Shown one piece after another: positions 33,285 to 44,645 of a stretch of DNA of 64,000 bases. Source of the DNA: a virus. Taxonomy: Duplodnaviria; Heunggongvirae; Uroviricota; Caudoviricetes. Within the stretch, counting starts at the first letter, position 1, and each line of letters opens with the position of its first letter. The position numbers and the translations under genes are program-made. The stretch lies in the IMG/VR virus record IMGVR_UViG_3300042934_000212, one strand, 5' to 3'. The notes beneath the pieces were generated by a model. The model ran no database searches. It was given only the letters and a program-made list of their open reading frames with translations, and had not been told where the DNA came from.

Positions 33285-33776
33285 TCAATCTTCTTGCAAT
33301 CCGTAATCAAGAATTAATAGTTTATTGTTCTTAATTCCGATATTGCTTGTCTCTACATCGTAAATGATATTAGAAATTTCATCACGTGTCAAGCCACTTT
33401 TTAAAATATTTTCTACAAATTCCTGAACAACTTTAGGAAACGATTTGATGTAATCAGGGTCTTTCATCTCAGTCTGCATACGCAGACGATACATTAGCTG
33501 GTCGATGTTGCCAAACCTGCGGTTAGGACACTGGTCAATCGGTGTTATCCTTTCCATCACTATACGTGATTCTGAACTCATGTCAACGAATATTTTACAT
33601 AAAGGCAATGCATCGCCATACTTGAGAAAGGTCTTCAGCTCGTTCTTACACTGACCCACACCCCATGATTCGGGTAAGTCCAGGTTCTGTGCAATCTTCA
33701 CTACTATATCGTCGTTGATAGCGTAAACGTCTCTCGTTGTTCCGCAACCGATCATATTGAACATGGTATATCTCAT
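33285..33776 (-). CDS. Protein kinase-like (APH/kinase fold) protein
   Basis: IGCGTTRDVY...VVKIA...NE...D..TSNIG...LILDYG. Confidence 0.65.
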   Translation of the reverse strand: MRYTMFNMIGCGTTRDVYAINDDIVVKIAQNLDLPESWGVGQCKNELKTFLKYGDALPLCKIFVDMSSESRIVMERITPIDQCPNRRFGNIDQLMYRLRMQTEMKDPDYIKSFPKVVQEFVENILKSGLTRDEISNIIYDVETSNIGIKNNKLLILDYGLQED

Positions 33777-33854
33777 TCAGTACTGCATCTCAATTAAAAA
33801 GGAGGGGCATATGCCCCTCCGAGTGTTTCAACCTTTAGCTTTTGCTTTCGGGTA

Positions 33855-35348
33855 TTACCACTCCACGCTTGCACCTGCACCCCAAAGAACTTCAGATGCT
33901 GAGTTGGTGCTTGCGGATACCTTTGTTACGATATTGTGGTTGATACGGGCAGAGAAACCAACTGCCACCGCATTCTGACCATCATATCCACCAGCACCCG
34001 CTCCAACACTAAAGGTACTGTCCTGTGATACCTGTGGGATGTTAGCCATTGCACCAGCACCTGCAATGCCTGCACTTGCCAATTTGCGGTTATCCCCCAT
34101 ACGTTTATCAATATCAGAGAAACGCTTGTTGTTCTGCTGGTCAGTATTATTCAGGCGATTTTCAACACTACCGATACGTTGACTATTACTGGTAATACGT
34201 TCGTCGTGTTGCACTAACGTACTGTCATTGTTATCGATACGCTTACTCAATGCGGAGTCAGCACTTTTGCGTGACGCAGATTCAGTTTCAACAGAACGCT
34301 GAACAGTATTTACGGCGGCGGTACGGGTAGTACTTTCGTCCGAGATCTGTTTGGCTAATGCTTTGTCAGCATTTCCACGAGTTGTGGATTCCGACTGTAA
34401 GGCATTATCCTGACGTTGTTGGTCTTTCAAAAACGTATTGTTATCAACCTTAGTGCTGATCACAGCATTTTGCTGATTGTCAGTAATGGTCTGGTCAGAT
34501 TTGTTTTTGTCGATATTTCCTTGCAACATCTTATCGCCATTAACACGCTCGGATTGTTCGACATTAATAGCGTTACTATTGTCTTGTCCCAACCGAACAC
34601 CAATATCGGCGGTGTTTTGTGCGTTGATCGCATTGTTATTGGCGTTTTGACCAATTTCAATTGCGGTTTGAGCATTGTTACCTGCATTGATTGCATTGTT
34701 ATTTGCATTATGTGCCAGGTCTTTTGCTTCACCAACGCCAATCAATGCATTATTGGCAGTATTGTACGCGTCACTTGCTTTGTTAAAAGCATTATGACCG
34801 ATTTCTTTCGCTTCGTCTGCACCAGCTTGTGCGACAATCGCTTTATTATCTGCGTTCTGACCAATTACGATTGCAGTTTCTGCATTGGTCATTGCATTGT
34901 TCGCGGTGTTTTGAGCATCGCTGGCTTTATTAAAAGCGTCATGTCCGATGTTTTTGGCTTCTTCAACACCTGTCTGACGTTCACTGATTTCTTTTTGTAA
35001 TGCGTTATCTTGACGAACCCGATCTACTTCGAAAACGTTTTTATCAACTTTCGTATTCTTCAAGTCTTCAATACTTTTGGTATTATTGTTAACTTGAGGA
35101 ATTAAACCATAAACGGTTGATAAAGCGTTTCCGGCGGTTGCCCTTCCCTCAACTGCAATATCAAAAGCCTGCTTAGAGGTCAGCTTAACATCACCGATTG
35201 CAGTAGTATTTGCTGCAATTTTTACATCTTGAGCTTTATCATACGCAGTCGGTGTTTTTACACAACCACAATTAACATCATAATTAGCGGTTGCGTGTGC
35301 AGAAACTGAACATGCAATAATGGACAATCCAATCAATGTTTTTTTCAT
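33855..35348 (-). CDS. YadA-like trimeric autotransporter adhesin
   Basis: Signal peptide MKKTLIGLSIIACSVSAHA, Ala/Asn coiled-coil stalk repeats, C-terminal anchor AGIAGAGAMANIPQ...GAGGYDGQNAVAVGFS...GAGASVEW. Confidence 0.9.
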   Translation of the reverse strand: MKKTLIGLSIIACSVSAHATANYDVNCGCVKTPTAYDKAQDVKIAANTTAIGDVKLTSKQAFDIAVEGRATAGNALSTVYGLIPQVNNNTKSIEDLKNTKVDKNVFEVDRVRQDNALQKEISERQTGVEEAKNIGHDAFNKASDAQNTANNAMTNAETAIVIGQNADNKAIVAQAGADEAKEIGHNAFNKASDAYNTANNALIGVGEAKDLAHNANNNAINAGNNAQTAIEIGQNANNNAINAQNTADIGVRLGQDNSNAINVEQSERVNGDKMLQGNIDKNKSDQTITDNQQNAVISTKVDNNTFLKDQQRQDNALQSESTTRGNADKALAKQISDESTTRTAAVNTVQRSVETESASRKSADSALSKRIDNNDSTLVQHDERITSNSQRIGSVENRLNNTDQQNNKRFSDIDKRMGDNRKLASAGIAGAGAMANIPQVSQDSTFSVGAGAGGYDGQNAVAVGFSARINHNIVTKVSASTNSASEVLWGAGASVEW

Positions 35349-35477
35349 TTTCCGTTTACCCTGGTGTGCCGCCTCGTTTGGCGTGGGGTAATAATAACGC
35401 ACCTTCAGTAATGCCGTCAATACATTTTTAAATATATTTTTAAAGTACTTAACCCAAATTTACATTTAAAAATAGAT

Positions 35478-35565
35478 TGGTGGGAATAGTCGGACTCGAA
35501 CCGACACGCCATCTCTGGCGGGGGATTTTGAATCCCCTGCGTACTACCAATTTCGCCATATTCCC
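35478..35565 (-). tRNA. tRNA-Leu(CAA)
   Basis: GGGGA-TTCAAAA-TCCCC, variable arm, CCA. Confidence 0.93.
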
Positions 35566-36667
35566 AAATACCCCCTATCTCTAGGGGGATTGTACTTATA
35601 CTACTTTATAAGAGCTAACGTGCAGACGGTCGCCAGTGATTGGAATACCAGAGTGTTCACTAACGTACTCTGCTAAAGTTGCAAGTACTTTACTATCGTC
35701 TACAGTATATAGATGAAGCTTTGCAGTGAATGACTCTCCTGGTGCAGCACGGAATTCATAAACTACTTCAACGTTACTGTTTTCCTGACCAGTTGCATCA
35801 GCGAAAATCTGGTCTGGAGTTTTACAGTTTTTCTTTAATGGTGCCATCCATGCGATAACAGCAAACATCGCACCGAAGATACCTACAGGAACGTTACCCA
35901 AAGAAAAGGCAACCAATGTAACTGCAATAAAGAATACTTCAAAAAAATGTTTCATTATTAATCCTTAAAATCCAGTAACTTTGAATTCACGACTTTCATC
36001 GTCAAAATACAGTACTTCACCAAGTGATGCGGCTGCTGCACATGAACCATCAGTAGTTGCATCGCCAGTGCCTTCTACCGATACACGAATACCATCAACG
36101 ACGAAGGTCATATTATAACCATCAACTACTAGTTCATTTTCAACTAGAGTTTTAGAATCAGATTCTTCTTCATCATCTTCATCTTCATCCCAATGTTCAT
36201 CCCAATCGTCATTTTCATTCAAACGCCACATATTGGCATCAAGGAAAGTAACGATTTCTTCAATACGTTCAGCCTTTTCTGGTGCAATTTTCACTTCAAA
36301 GTGCTTTGTAGTATATGCGTCGGCATCACCATGCATAAACTCTAACGCAATTACAAGAACGTTCTTTTTTGGTGTAACTGGAATTAGTTTAATAGACAAC
36401 TTAATTACCTTCTTTTTGTTTAGGCTCGGAATGATATTTCAAATTACCATTCTTATCTTTTGCAGTGTAACGATCATAGGTAGTTGCATAAACTGCCTTT
36501 GACGATTGTTCACGTGCAACCGCTGGGTCAACGAAAGTTACATCAGTTTTGATGTAATCCTTGAATTCTTTTTTCTTTTGTTCGAAAACAATAGAAGTAC
36601 GTTCGATGAAGTAATAAAACTTCATAGTACAACCTAATAGAAAGTTAAACATATAATCCTCAGTAAT

Positions 36668-36791
36668 TGGCGGCGAGTACTGGATTCGAACCAGTGACCA
36701 CGACATTAAAAGTGTATGAGTTGTGTTTGCTGCGGGAATCCTATCAGGAATCCTGGGTTTCTACGTGCTCTACCAACTGAGCTAACTCGCC
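36668..36791 (-). ncRNA. tRNA-Lys(UUU) with a 48-nt CAGCA-stem module inserted in the anticodon stem
   Basis: Removing 36716-36763 restores CGACA-CTTTTAA-TGTCG in a complete cloverleaf with CCA. Confidence 0.85.
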
Positions 36792-36797
36792 AATAAT

Positions 36798-37157
36798 TTA
36801 ACTACGATTCGGGCGTGAATTTTTAATTAACTCAACACCAGCATCATTGCATTTTTTAACATTCTGTTCGTACAGACTATCAACAACATCTGTATCTGAA
36901 CTGTGAAGGTAAATCTGTTTCAGATTTGGAAACATATCACGTTTAAAACGATATGTCATCATCGTTAGAATCTGACCGCCAGTACGTGCACCTGAACCAG
37001 CCAAGAAGTTATCCAGATGAACCACTTCAATTTCTGAAGCATTGTCAAAGATAAAGTTCTTTGCTTCCCACCACTCTTTCAACCAAACGATACCTTCAGA
37101 TTGTTCAGTACTAAGATGGTTAACTGGATTGCGAATGTCATCTACATATACTTTCAT
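36798..37157 (-). CDS. Cyclic-phosphate-processing receiver-domain-like protein
   Basis: MKVYVDDIRNP...HLDNFL...TG...IYLHSS. Confidence 0.7.
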   Translation of the reverse strand: MKVYVDDIRNPVNHLSTEQSEGIVWLKEWWEAKNFIFDNASEIEVVHLDNFLAGSGARTGGQILTMMTYRFKRDMFPNLKQIYLHSSDTDVVDSLYEQNVKKCNDAGVELIKNSRPNRS

Positions 37158-37519
37158 TCACGATTATCCAAACAGTTTTTAATCAATTCAACACCAGAAG
37201 CTTTAAGTTCTTCAAAGCATTCTACCATTAACTCATCAACCAAATCTTCATCAGAAGAATGAAGATAAATCTGTTTCAGATTAGGCCATGTTTTTTTATC
37301 ACCCCACATACAATCACCAGCAACCATAAAGAAAAGGTCTTTACCAGTGAGATCAGGTTCATCCATATAGTTATCGAAGTGAATGATTTCTATTTCAGAT
37401 GAATGAGTAATTAGGAAACGTTTGGCTTCCCACCACTCTTTCAGCCACACAATACCTTCTGATTGTTCAGGAGTTAGGTGATTAACTGGATTACGAATAT
37501 CATCAATAAAGACTTTCAT
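37154..37519 (-). CDS. Cyclic-phosphate-processing receiver-domain-like protein (tandem paralog)
   Basis: MKVFIDDIRNP...HFDNYM...TG...IYLHSS. Confidence 0.7.
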   Translation of the reverse strand: MKVFIDDIRNPVNHLTPEQSEGIVWLKEWWEAKRFLITHSSEIEIIHFDNYMDEPDLTGKDLFFMVAGDCMWGDKKTWPNLKQIYLHSSDEDLVDELMVECFEELKASGVELIKNCLDNRE

Positions 37520-37763
37520 TACGTACCCTTATTCACTTTTTGAAAAGCTCGTACTTGTTTATAAATCAAGAAGTCAATCATAACCTCTTCAGTGCTGAAA
37601 GTCAAGCTTTTTTTGGCTTAGGACGGATACTTTCATTATACAATCCACGATAACGAAAATAAGTACTGAACGAGCAACGACCGGTTTTATATAATTCTTC
37701 TATATCTTTATAAAAACCATACAAACGAGGGTTTTTACGTTTCATCACTTATTCCTTAATTAG

Positions 37764-37883
37764 TGCAGGGAGATGGATTTGAACCACCGACACGAGGTTT
37801 TCATAAGAGGGATTTATGCTGGCAGAATTCATACTGAATTCATTTGTTTTCTATCCTCTGCTCTACCACTGAGCTACCCCTGC
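37764..37883 (-). ncRNA. tRNA-Phe-like RNA with CAGCA-stem module inserted in the anticodon arm
   Basis: GCAGGGG/TCCCTGC acceptor, D- and T-arms intact, GAGG/CCTC stem enclosing GAATTCA-GTA-TGAATTC-TGCCAGCAT and TGAAAA. Confidence 0.75.
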
Positions 37884-38413
37884 TATCATTTTACGAGTAG
37901 TTTACATAACCTTCATATTTTACATCAATTACTGGATGATAGTCATCATCTGCTAACATAACATAATTATACAAAATTGGAACATGTTCTTTCAAAGTAC
38001 GCATTAGTGATGCATTATCTTTGACAGTACTAATATCATGCAATTCAAATCCTACATGAAAATATGGATGGAATTCTGATTTTAGCGTTTCCAGTGCAGC
38101 CTCATCAGAAATACGAGTAGTATTATAGAAACGAATTACAGTACGTGAACCTTCTCCAGTTGCGAAGTAATTAAACATAAGAATACTTTTCATTTTTTAC
38201 CTTCAAGAAGATTCAATCGTCTTTTATAACGATCTATTGTTTTTTGCAGTTTGTGTTTTTCTTTAAGCTGCTGTTCATAGGTTTCCAGTTTAACATACTT
38301 ACCTTTAACTGTTTTTTCCATATCAGGATAATGGTATGTTAGTTCATCCCAATTGTCATATTCTTTTTTAACCACTGGATTGTATTTCTTTACCATGATA
38401 CTACCCCAATTTG

Positions 38414-38522
38414 TGCAAGGTGCAGGATTCGAACCTGCGTTACGTTCTTGAAATGAAATTGTGTATGCCGTAAGATTCCATCTGGAATCGCTTTCGTGTC
38501 CTAACCACTAGACGAACCTTGC
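38414..38522 (-). ncRNA. tRNA-Glu(UUC) with a 37-nt CAGCA-type (CGGCA) module inserted in the anticodon stem
   Basis: Removing 38458-38494 restores CGTTC-ATTTCAA-GAACG; Glu-type D-arm TCGTCTAGTGGTTAGGAC. Confidence 0.8.
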
Positions 38523-40049
38523 TGTATTAATTAGAGTACTGGCGGGTTAGAACCAATAAACATTTTAAAGTCGTAATCATACATATAATCATTGAAATCT
38601 TCAATAGCCATGTCAATGATTTTTAAGTATTCAGTACTACCTGGTTGAACATCTACTTCAAAGTAGTATTCAGACATGTCAGTTGGATCAGCCTGTAGGA
38701 GACGAGCTTTACCATCTGCATATTCATTGTCTAATAGACGTTCATTTACTTCATACCACGATTCAGTTTCGTTATCATCTTTTGGTGCGATGGTAAGTAC
38801 ATTGGAACGTGCAACAATTACTAAACTAATCATTTAATCTCCGATTGCAATTTCTTTAGGCACAAATTCAAAATATCCATTAGCATTAAGGATCTTTACA
38901 ACTTCATCACGAACAAGTTCACTGAAACGACTTTCACGATATTGAATATAGTCGTCGTGTACTGATTTAATCGCATTGAAGCCCGACATATGTTCGCGTA
39001 ATAAAGCTAACATTTCAAAAACATTAGGTGACATTTCTGTACCTAAAAATAATGAAGTGTAAGGACAGCAATCATATTCTCTTAAGTTTAAAATTTTCAT
39101 CAGTCACCGATAGAAATAGAAGGTGGTTTATATTCATAATAGCCATGACCTTTAAGGATTGAATAGAACAATTCATTCAACTCTTGTTGTTCACGATAAC
39201 TACGGCAATTTGTTTGGAAACCTTCGTCATCAACGATAGGTTCTTCCATATAGGTTTTTAATTCTGCCAGTACTACACTTGGCTGTGGGGAAAGTTCCCC
39301 ACCTTTGAACAGTGTCTGTACCAAGCAATCAAAATCACCATAGGTGTTAATTGCTAAGATTTTCACAAGTAATCCTTCGTCATGTCATAGACTGCGGAAT
39401 TCAGTTCAGAGAACTTTACTTTCCACGGCTGATAGTATTGTTGGAGTAGTTGATCTTTTTTGAACAACGCTTCAAGTGCATTTACTGCGTACTTCAAATC
39501 TTCCAGTAGTTTATCTTTCACCTTCTGGATATATTCTGGCTTGATATTAGCAAAGCCCATTTTGTACGCAACTTCAAATTCACGATAAGAAGCACCCAAA
39601 TCCGCTAACGGATTCTTGATCTTCTCAGGAAAACAGAAGCGATAAACTTCTTCACATGTTTCCTTTAGACGTTCTTCAGCTTTTGCCTCTTTCCCGTACT
39701 TTTCGAAAAAGATTTCTGCTGGTGGATACGTTTTGGCATTTGCATACCATTGAACCAGTAATTCATTCATTTTTGATTACCTGAAAATTTATCAACGATT
39801 GCGGCAATTATTTTCTGCAAAATATCATTGGATACTTTTTCTTCCATTGGATCAGCTTTGCCGGTCTGCAAATTAATGCTAATGGGTGATGGTGGAATAA
39901 TAGTTGTTCGTTCCCATGTACCATTAGAAATCGCTTTGCTGATTATTTCTTCAAGTTCTTTAATCACACGAGGATCAAATACCGAATGTTCCAGGTGAAT
40001 CACGATTTCCTCAGTACTTGCAGGAATTGTAAAATGATAAAACTTACGA

Positions 40050-40868
40050 TCATTCATTACCATAATCCTTATCACTAACACCAGGAATGGATGCATAGTC
40101 TTCTACGTTGGTAGTCTGCATGTCCAGTATAACTACGCCTGCACCTTTTTCCTTTACAAACTCGGTACTTGCATAGATAACTTCCATCATTTCAGTCCAC
40201 TTGTCGTAATTAACAGTGTATTCAGTTCCGTAGAATTCCCAGCGACTGAAACTACCATTAATAAACCCAATGAATTCGCCTTTCCAAAACACATTGATAG
40301 TACGATTGCCATATTTGGTATCATAACCATCAACATCATTCCACACAACTTTAAGGTCGAGATCCTTTGGCTGGTTTTCATTGTAACCGAACCAGCTCTT
40401 AAAATCCATGATCATATCAAAGTTACGATCATACTGTTCCGGTTCTAACCCAAAGAACTTACAAAAAGAATCAACCAATACATCAAAATCAGATTTCATG
40501 ATTTCAGGTGCATCAATTAGTTGTGACCAGTGTGGTACACTAAGTTCAATCGGACTAAATGCAGAAGTTTCGATTATCAGCGATTCTTTTAGTACCGAGA
40601 AATCAACTTCCTTAGATGAAATGAATTCGCAGTTGTTTTTAACTTGTTCCATCGCCAGTGCTGCGGTTTCTTCACCAAACGCATGTTTAGTATTATCATT
40701 AGAGAAACCTACAAGTACTTCAATCGTATCTTTACGTGTTAGGTATGGATAGACTACAAAGAATTTAAATTTAGCAATACGACGATTGAAATTTTTAACC
40801 AGATTACGGCGACCGTTTTTTGTCATCGTAACATAACCATCAATAATTTTCTGTTCCAAATCGCTCAT
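40050..40868 (-). CDS. Hypothetical protein
   Basis: 272-aa ORF behind a sigma70-like promoter. Confidence 0.7.
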   Translation of the reverse strand: MSDLEQKIIDGYVTMTKNGRRNLVKNFNRRIAKFKFFVVYPYLTRKDTIEVLVGFSNDNTKHAFGEETAALAMEQVKNNCEFISSKEVDFSVLKESLIIETSAFSPIELSVPHWSQLIDAPEIMKSDFDVLVDSFCKFFGLEPEQYDRNFDMIMDFKSWFGYNENQPKDLDLKVVWNDVDGYDTKYGNRTINVFWKGEFIGFINGSFSRWEFYGTEYTVNYDKWTEMMEVIYASTEFVKEKGAGVVILDMQTTNVEDYASIPGVSDKDYGNE

Positions 40869-42709
40869 TTTTTTAGCCTTAAGCTTCTCAATTAATAGAA
40901 CAGCACTATACCAGTAAAAGCAAGTGCTGTCAAGAACTTATGCTATTTTATCGATAGCATCTAGATCATAAATCTGCTCGGTGCCAGGAACGTCTGACGC
41001 AGAAGTAAAGATAAAGTTACCTGCTGGTGTTTCTTCGAAACGCTGACCAGGATGTGAGGTTAAGTAACGATTTTCCTCACCGTCAGGCCAAAGAATACCA
41101 ATAGTTTTAACAGTACCGTCTTCGTAGTTAATTTCAAAGGCAGTAAGATCTACGCCTTTCAAACGCTCTTTCCAATCATACGAAGATGCAAAACTTTCCT
41201 GAGCAATAATTTCTGCTGTTGGATATAATGCAATACCAAACAATTCACGATTGTCATCGTCGAATACCATTTCAGTATTCTCAAATTTAAAGTTACGGCG
41301 TTGGTCTAATTCAAACCAAAACACATGTTTAATATCGAATGTTAGTACTTCGCAGTTTTCTGTTACTAATGTAATACTTTTGATCTTATCTGTCATATTG
41401 TTCCTTATTTGATAAAGTAGTATACTACGCTTAAGCCAATAACTACTGCTACAGTAGATACAAGCTTCTTCAAATCATTCTTTCCGATACTTTCTGGATG
41501 TACCGCTTTATCAGTTTCTGGATCAATTTTAATAGACATTACGTACCTTGGATTCAGGAATTTCTTTTGGTTTATGAATAGATAGCTCTGCTATCTCAAT
41601 ACCACAATCATTATAGAATTGCACAGATTGAACATCATAGTGAACCGCCGATTGAACAACTTCAATGCAAGCATCGTCACTGTAATCTTTTAACAATTCT
41701 AACAGTTCACGTTTTGTCATAAAATTACCAATCGTTTAGGATATAAATTGTTTTACACTCTGGATTATCTGCAAAAAGCTTTTCAAAGATTTTCGTCAAA
41801 CCTTCAGATTCAAAGCTCAGATAATCACGACTGACAGTAGTGAAACCGGAACCATCTTGACCATAAAGACAATCAACTTGGCACATATCACATACGTCAT
41901 TCCATTCATAACCAAGCATTTCACCAACGGTATTAATATCACCAGTTTTAATGATATACTGCTGATCAATAATATATGGTTCAGACATTATTTTACCTTT
42001 GGTGCAGTACGTGCTGCATCATAAAATTTGTTTACGTTGTTACGATATGCAATAGCAGTATCGAAAGCTTTACTATCAATACCATCTTTCATTACGCGAA
42101 TACCATCTGCATCATATGAATAAAATTCTTTATTGATATGTGCAAGAACCGTAGTGCGGTGGCCTTTCAGCCGCTGAAGGTTCATTTTCTGTAGTACTTT
42201 ATCTTCTAACTGTTTCATTTTTTCACCGTTGTAATTAAACATTCATTGTTGAGGATACGCTTAAATTCGCCATCATCATCAACAAGTGTGATTTCATTTC
42301 TTTCGTAGTTGATTGTGTAAGTAGTAGCATATACATAACTATGACTCTCACAATCTAAACGAAAGTACTTCTCTGTTGGCTGGACCGTATAGGTATAAGT
42401 TTCCTGACTTTTATCTGCATAAGAACAAAAGCTCAAGGCCGACAGAACCGCTGCAATAATAATATTACGCACAAGATTCCTCATACAGTTCAGGACATTT
42501 GCTAATTGCCAGTAGTTTAAGATATTCACATTCAAAATGAGCATGACCATCTACGATAATGAAACGACTTCCGTTAGCAGGAATACATTCGATTTTTACC
42601 AGAATCTTTTTATTCTTATTATCAGTTTCAAGTGCAGTACCTAGCCAAACACCGTCCGGTACTTTGTCAAAACTACTACATTCTGTCCACATAGTTGAAC
42701 TCTTTTGTT

Positions 42710-42796
42710 TGGTACGGGTGATGAGATTCGAACTCACAAGACCTAAGTCTGAGGGATTTTAAATCCCTTGCGTACTACCAATACCGCCACACCCGC
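42710..42796 (-). tRNA. tRNA-Leu(UAA)
   Basis: AGGGA-TTTAAAA-TCCCT, variable arm, CCA. Confidence 0.92.
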
Positions 42797-42812
42797 AATT
42801 TTAATTTATAAT

Positions 42813-43259
42813 TTACCAAGTTGTTCGCAAAGGAAGAAAATCATTGCTCTGCACTGAATGCAAATCATTCATTTTGCCCCAAAAGGTAAGTGAACCGTCA
42901 ACACCATAACCAGCACTGAGTGTACCACTAAAATGACTGGCAATCAATGCTTTATTCATTTCTGCGTACAGTGCTTTAGCATAGCCTTTGCCACGGTATT
43001 CAGGTTTAACAAATACCTGGATATTAGTGTCATGATATGACCAGCGATCCGCTTCATTATGGAAGATTGCACCTACGTAATTGCCGTCTACTGAAAGGAT
43101 GATTAGCTTAGAGTTCTTTGCAGTTTCATCAATATCAATAATATCTTCATAGCAAGTAATTAGCGTCCACGATGGAGAATGGTACAAATGATTATCCAGT
43201 GCAATCTCTGCTAGTTCTTGAATAGAAAGTTCATTAGTAGTTAAAAATTTCATTACCAT
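42813..43259 (-). CDS. GNAT-family acetyltransferase
   Basis: VFVKPEYRGKGYAKALY motif A. Confidence 0.85.
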   Translation of the reverse strand: MVMKFLTTNELSIQELAEIALDNHLYHSPSWTLITCYEDIIDIDETAKNSKLIILSVDGNYVGAIFHNEADRWSYHDTNIQVFVKPEYRGKGYAKALYAEMNKALIASHFSGTLSAGYGVDGSLTFWGKMNDLHSVQSNDFLPLRTTW

Positions 43260-44027
43260 AATCCAGTGTGTGATACTGTGAAGATACGAAGAAATGCATC
43301 AATCCAAACTACTGAATATGGTATAGCACTTCCGACTGCTTTTAAAAACTTACCAATTTCAAATGAAATTATAGTTTTTATGGCAAGTTGCCAATGGTAG
43401 ATTGAAAAACAAATCGCCCACATAAAGATAAGGACAAGTACTGGACTCATTTAAGTACCTTATCGTTTGGTTCTTTATTATCAACAACCGCCGACAATTG
43501 TCCGAGTACCTTACCAGCACAAAGTACCAATACAATAATCAAACCAAGTACAGTACTACTAATGGTTCCATCTTTGATATATTCCACAAGTGGGTTACTG
43601 AAGATACCAATGATAACTGAAAGAATTAACTGAACAATAAAGGTTGGTTGCATTATACGATTTCCCAATCAAGTACTTCCAATTCATGTGCCATGAAGTC
43701 TACAGGAAGAAATGAGTTTAAAGATACTTCCCAAACATTATTTTCTTTATCAAGATATAGTTCAATCTTTAATTTAGAAAAGTGTGGGCGTTTAATATAA
43801 ATCCCATTAAATGGGGAGTTTTTTAAATGTTGTTGAATTTCGGAAATAGTCATAAGTTCTCACTTCTGAATGCGGTAGGTATCATCTATTTGGTTTTGCG
43901 TGATAATACGACCGATCCCTTCATGGATTGCATTCGATAACAATAATAGTACTATTACTACCAATGCACCGATAAGAACAAAGCATAAATTATGTTTCAA
44001 TAACTTAATCATTTTCGTATTCTCAGT

Positions 44028-44199
44028 TGGTGCCGCATTAGGGATTCGAACCCTATCAGATTAACGCAGAACCTCTCCGCTCAGATAATGCTATCTGTAA
44101 TCCTATCACTATACCATTTTCAATACTTATACTCTACTTGGTGCACCGTTTCGAGTACTTTCTCTAAGTGATGAACTGGAGTCGAACCAGTTCACGGCA
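44028..44199 (-). ncRNA. ~170-nt CCA-ended tRNA-like RNA with two T-loop hairpins
   Basis: GCCGTG/TGCGGC-ACCA ends; TGAACTGG-TTCGACT-CCAGTTCA and TAGGG-TTCGAAT-CCCTA. Confidence 0.6.
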
Positions 44200-44214
44200 A
44201 ATTCTTAATTAAAA

Positions 44215-44312
44215 ACTACAAGTAGTGTTTTGACCACTAAACTATCGCCCTGTACCTCTCGGTAAGCCGGGCCAGCAAGACTCCGTACTGACCGGAGATC
44301 TCTACTTGTAGT
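44215..44312 (-). ncRNA. Candidate permuted tRNA-like RNA closed by an 11-bp stem
   Basis: ACTACAAGTAG/CTACTTGTAGT; CTCCG-7nt-CGGAG hairpin, then D-arm-like TAGTTTAGTGGTCAAAAC. Confidence 0.5.
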
Positions 44313-44568
44313 AGGTTTGTGTGGTCGGGTGTATCAACACAGTTAAGGCCAAATTCCCATTCTCGCCACGTCAAGATGTAAGTACTCTTACATTAGAGTT
44401 TATTTTACCGCGATAAACCGGCTATATTCGAAGATAACAAATCTCCTATCCACTTATCAGGTGGAGCAGATCTTTAATTCTGAAAACTGCACACCCTGTT
44501 AATTCAGGCTTTCTATCTTTACGGGATAGTTTTTTGAATTATCCTTACGGGATAACTGTGTGGGTATT

Positions 44569-44645
44569 TGGTGATCCCTGCTGGACTCGAACCAGCGACC
44601 GAGCAATTATGAGTTGCCAGCTCTAACCAACTGAGCTAAGGGACC
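44569..44645 (-). tRNA. tRNA-CAU (Ile2 or Met)
   Basis: GGCAA-CTCATAA-TTGCT; CCA. Confidence 0.9.

Noticed and set aside
36716-36763. Group I/II or archaeal BHB intron in tRNA-Lys
   Set aside because: Far too short for a self-splicing intron, and no clear bulge-helix-bulge at the junctions.
24586-38522. CRISPR array formed by the repeated GAATC/CAGCA motif
   Set aside because: Copies are dispersed, variable and irregularly spaced, with no repeat-spacer periodicity and no cas genes.
44028-44199. tmRNA
   Set aside because: The 5' end resembles tmRNA, but there is no G3:U70 Ala acceptor, it is only ~170 nt, and no tag ORF was recognised.
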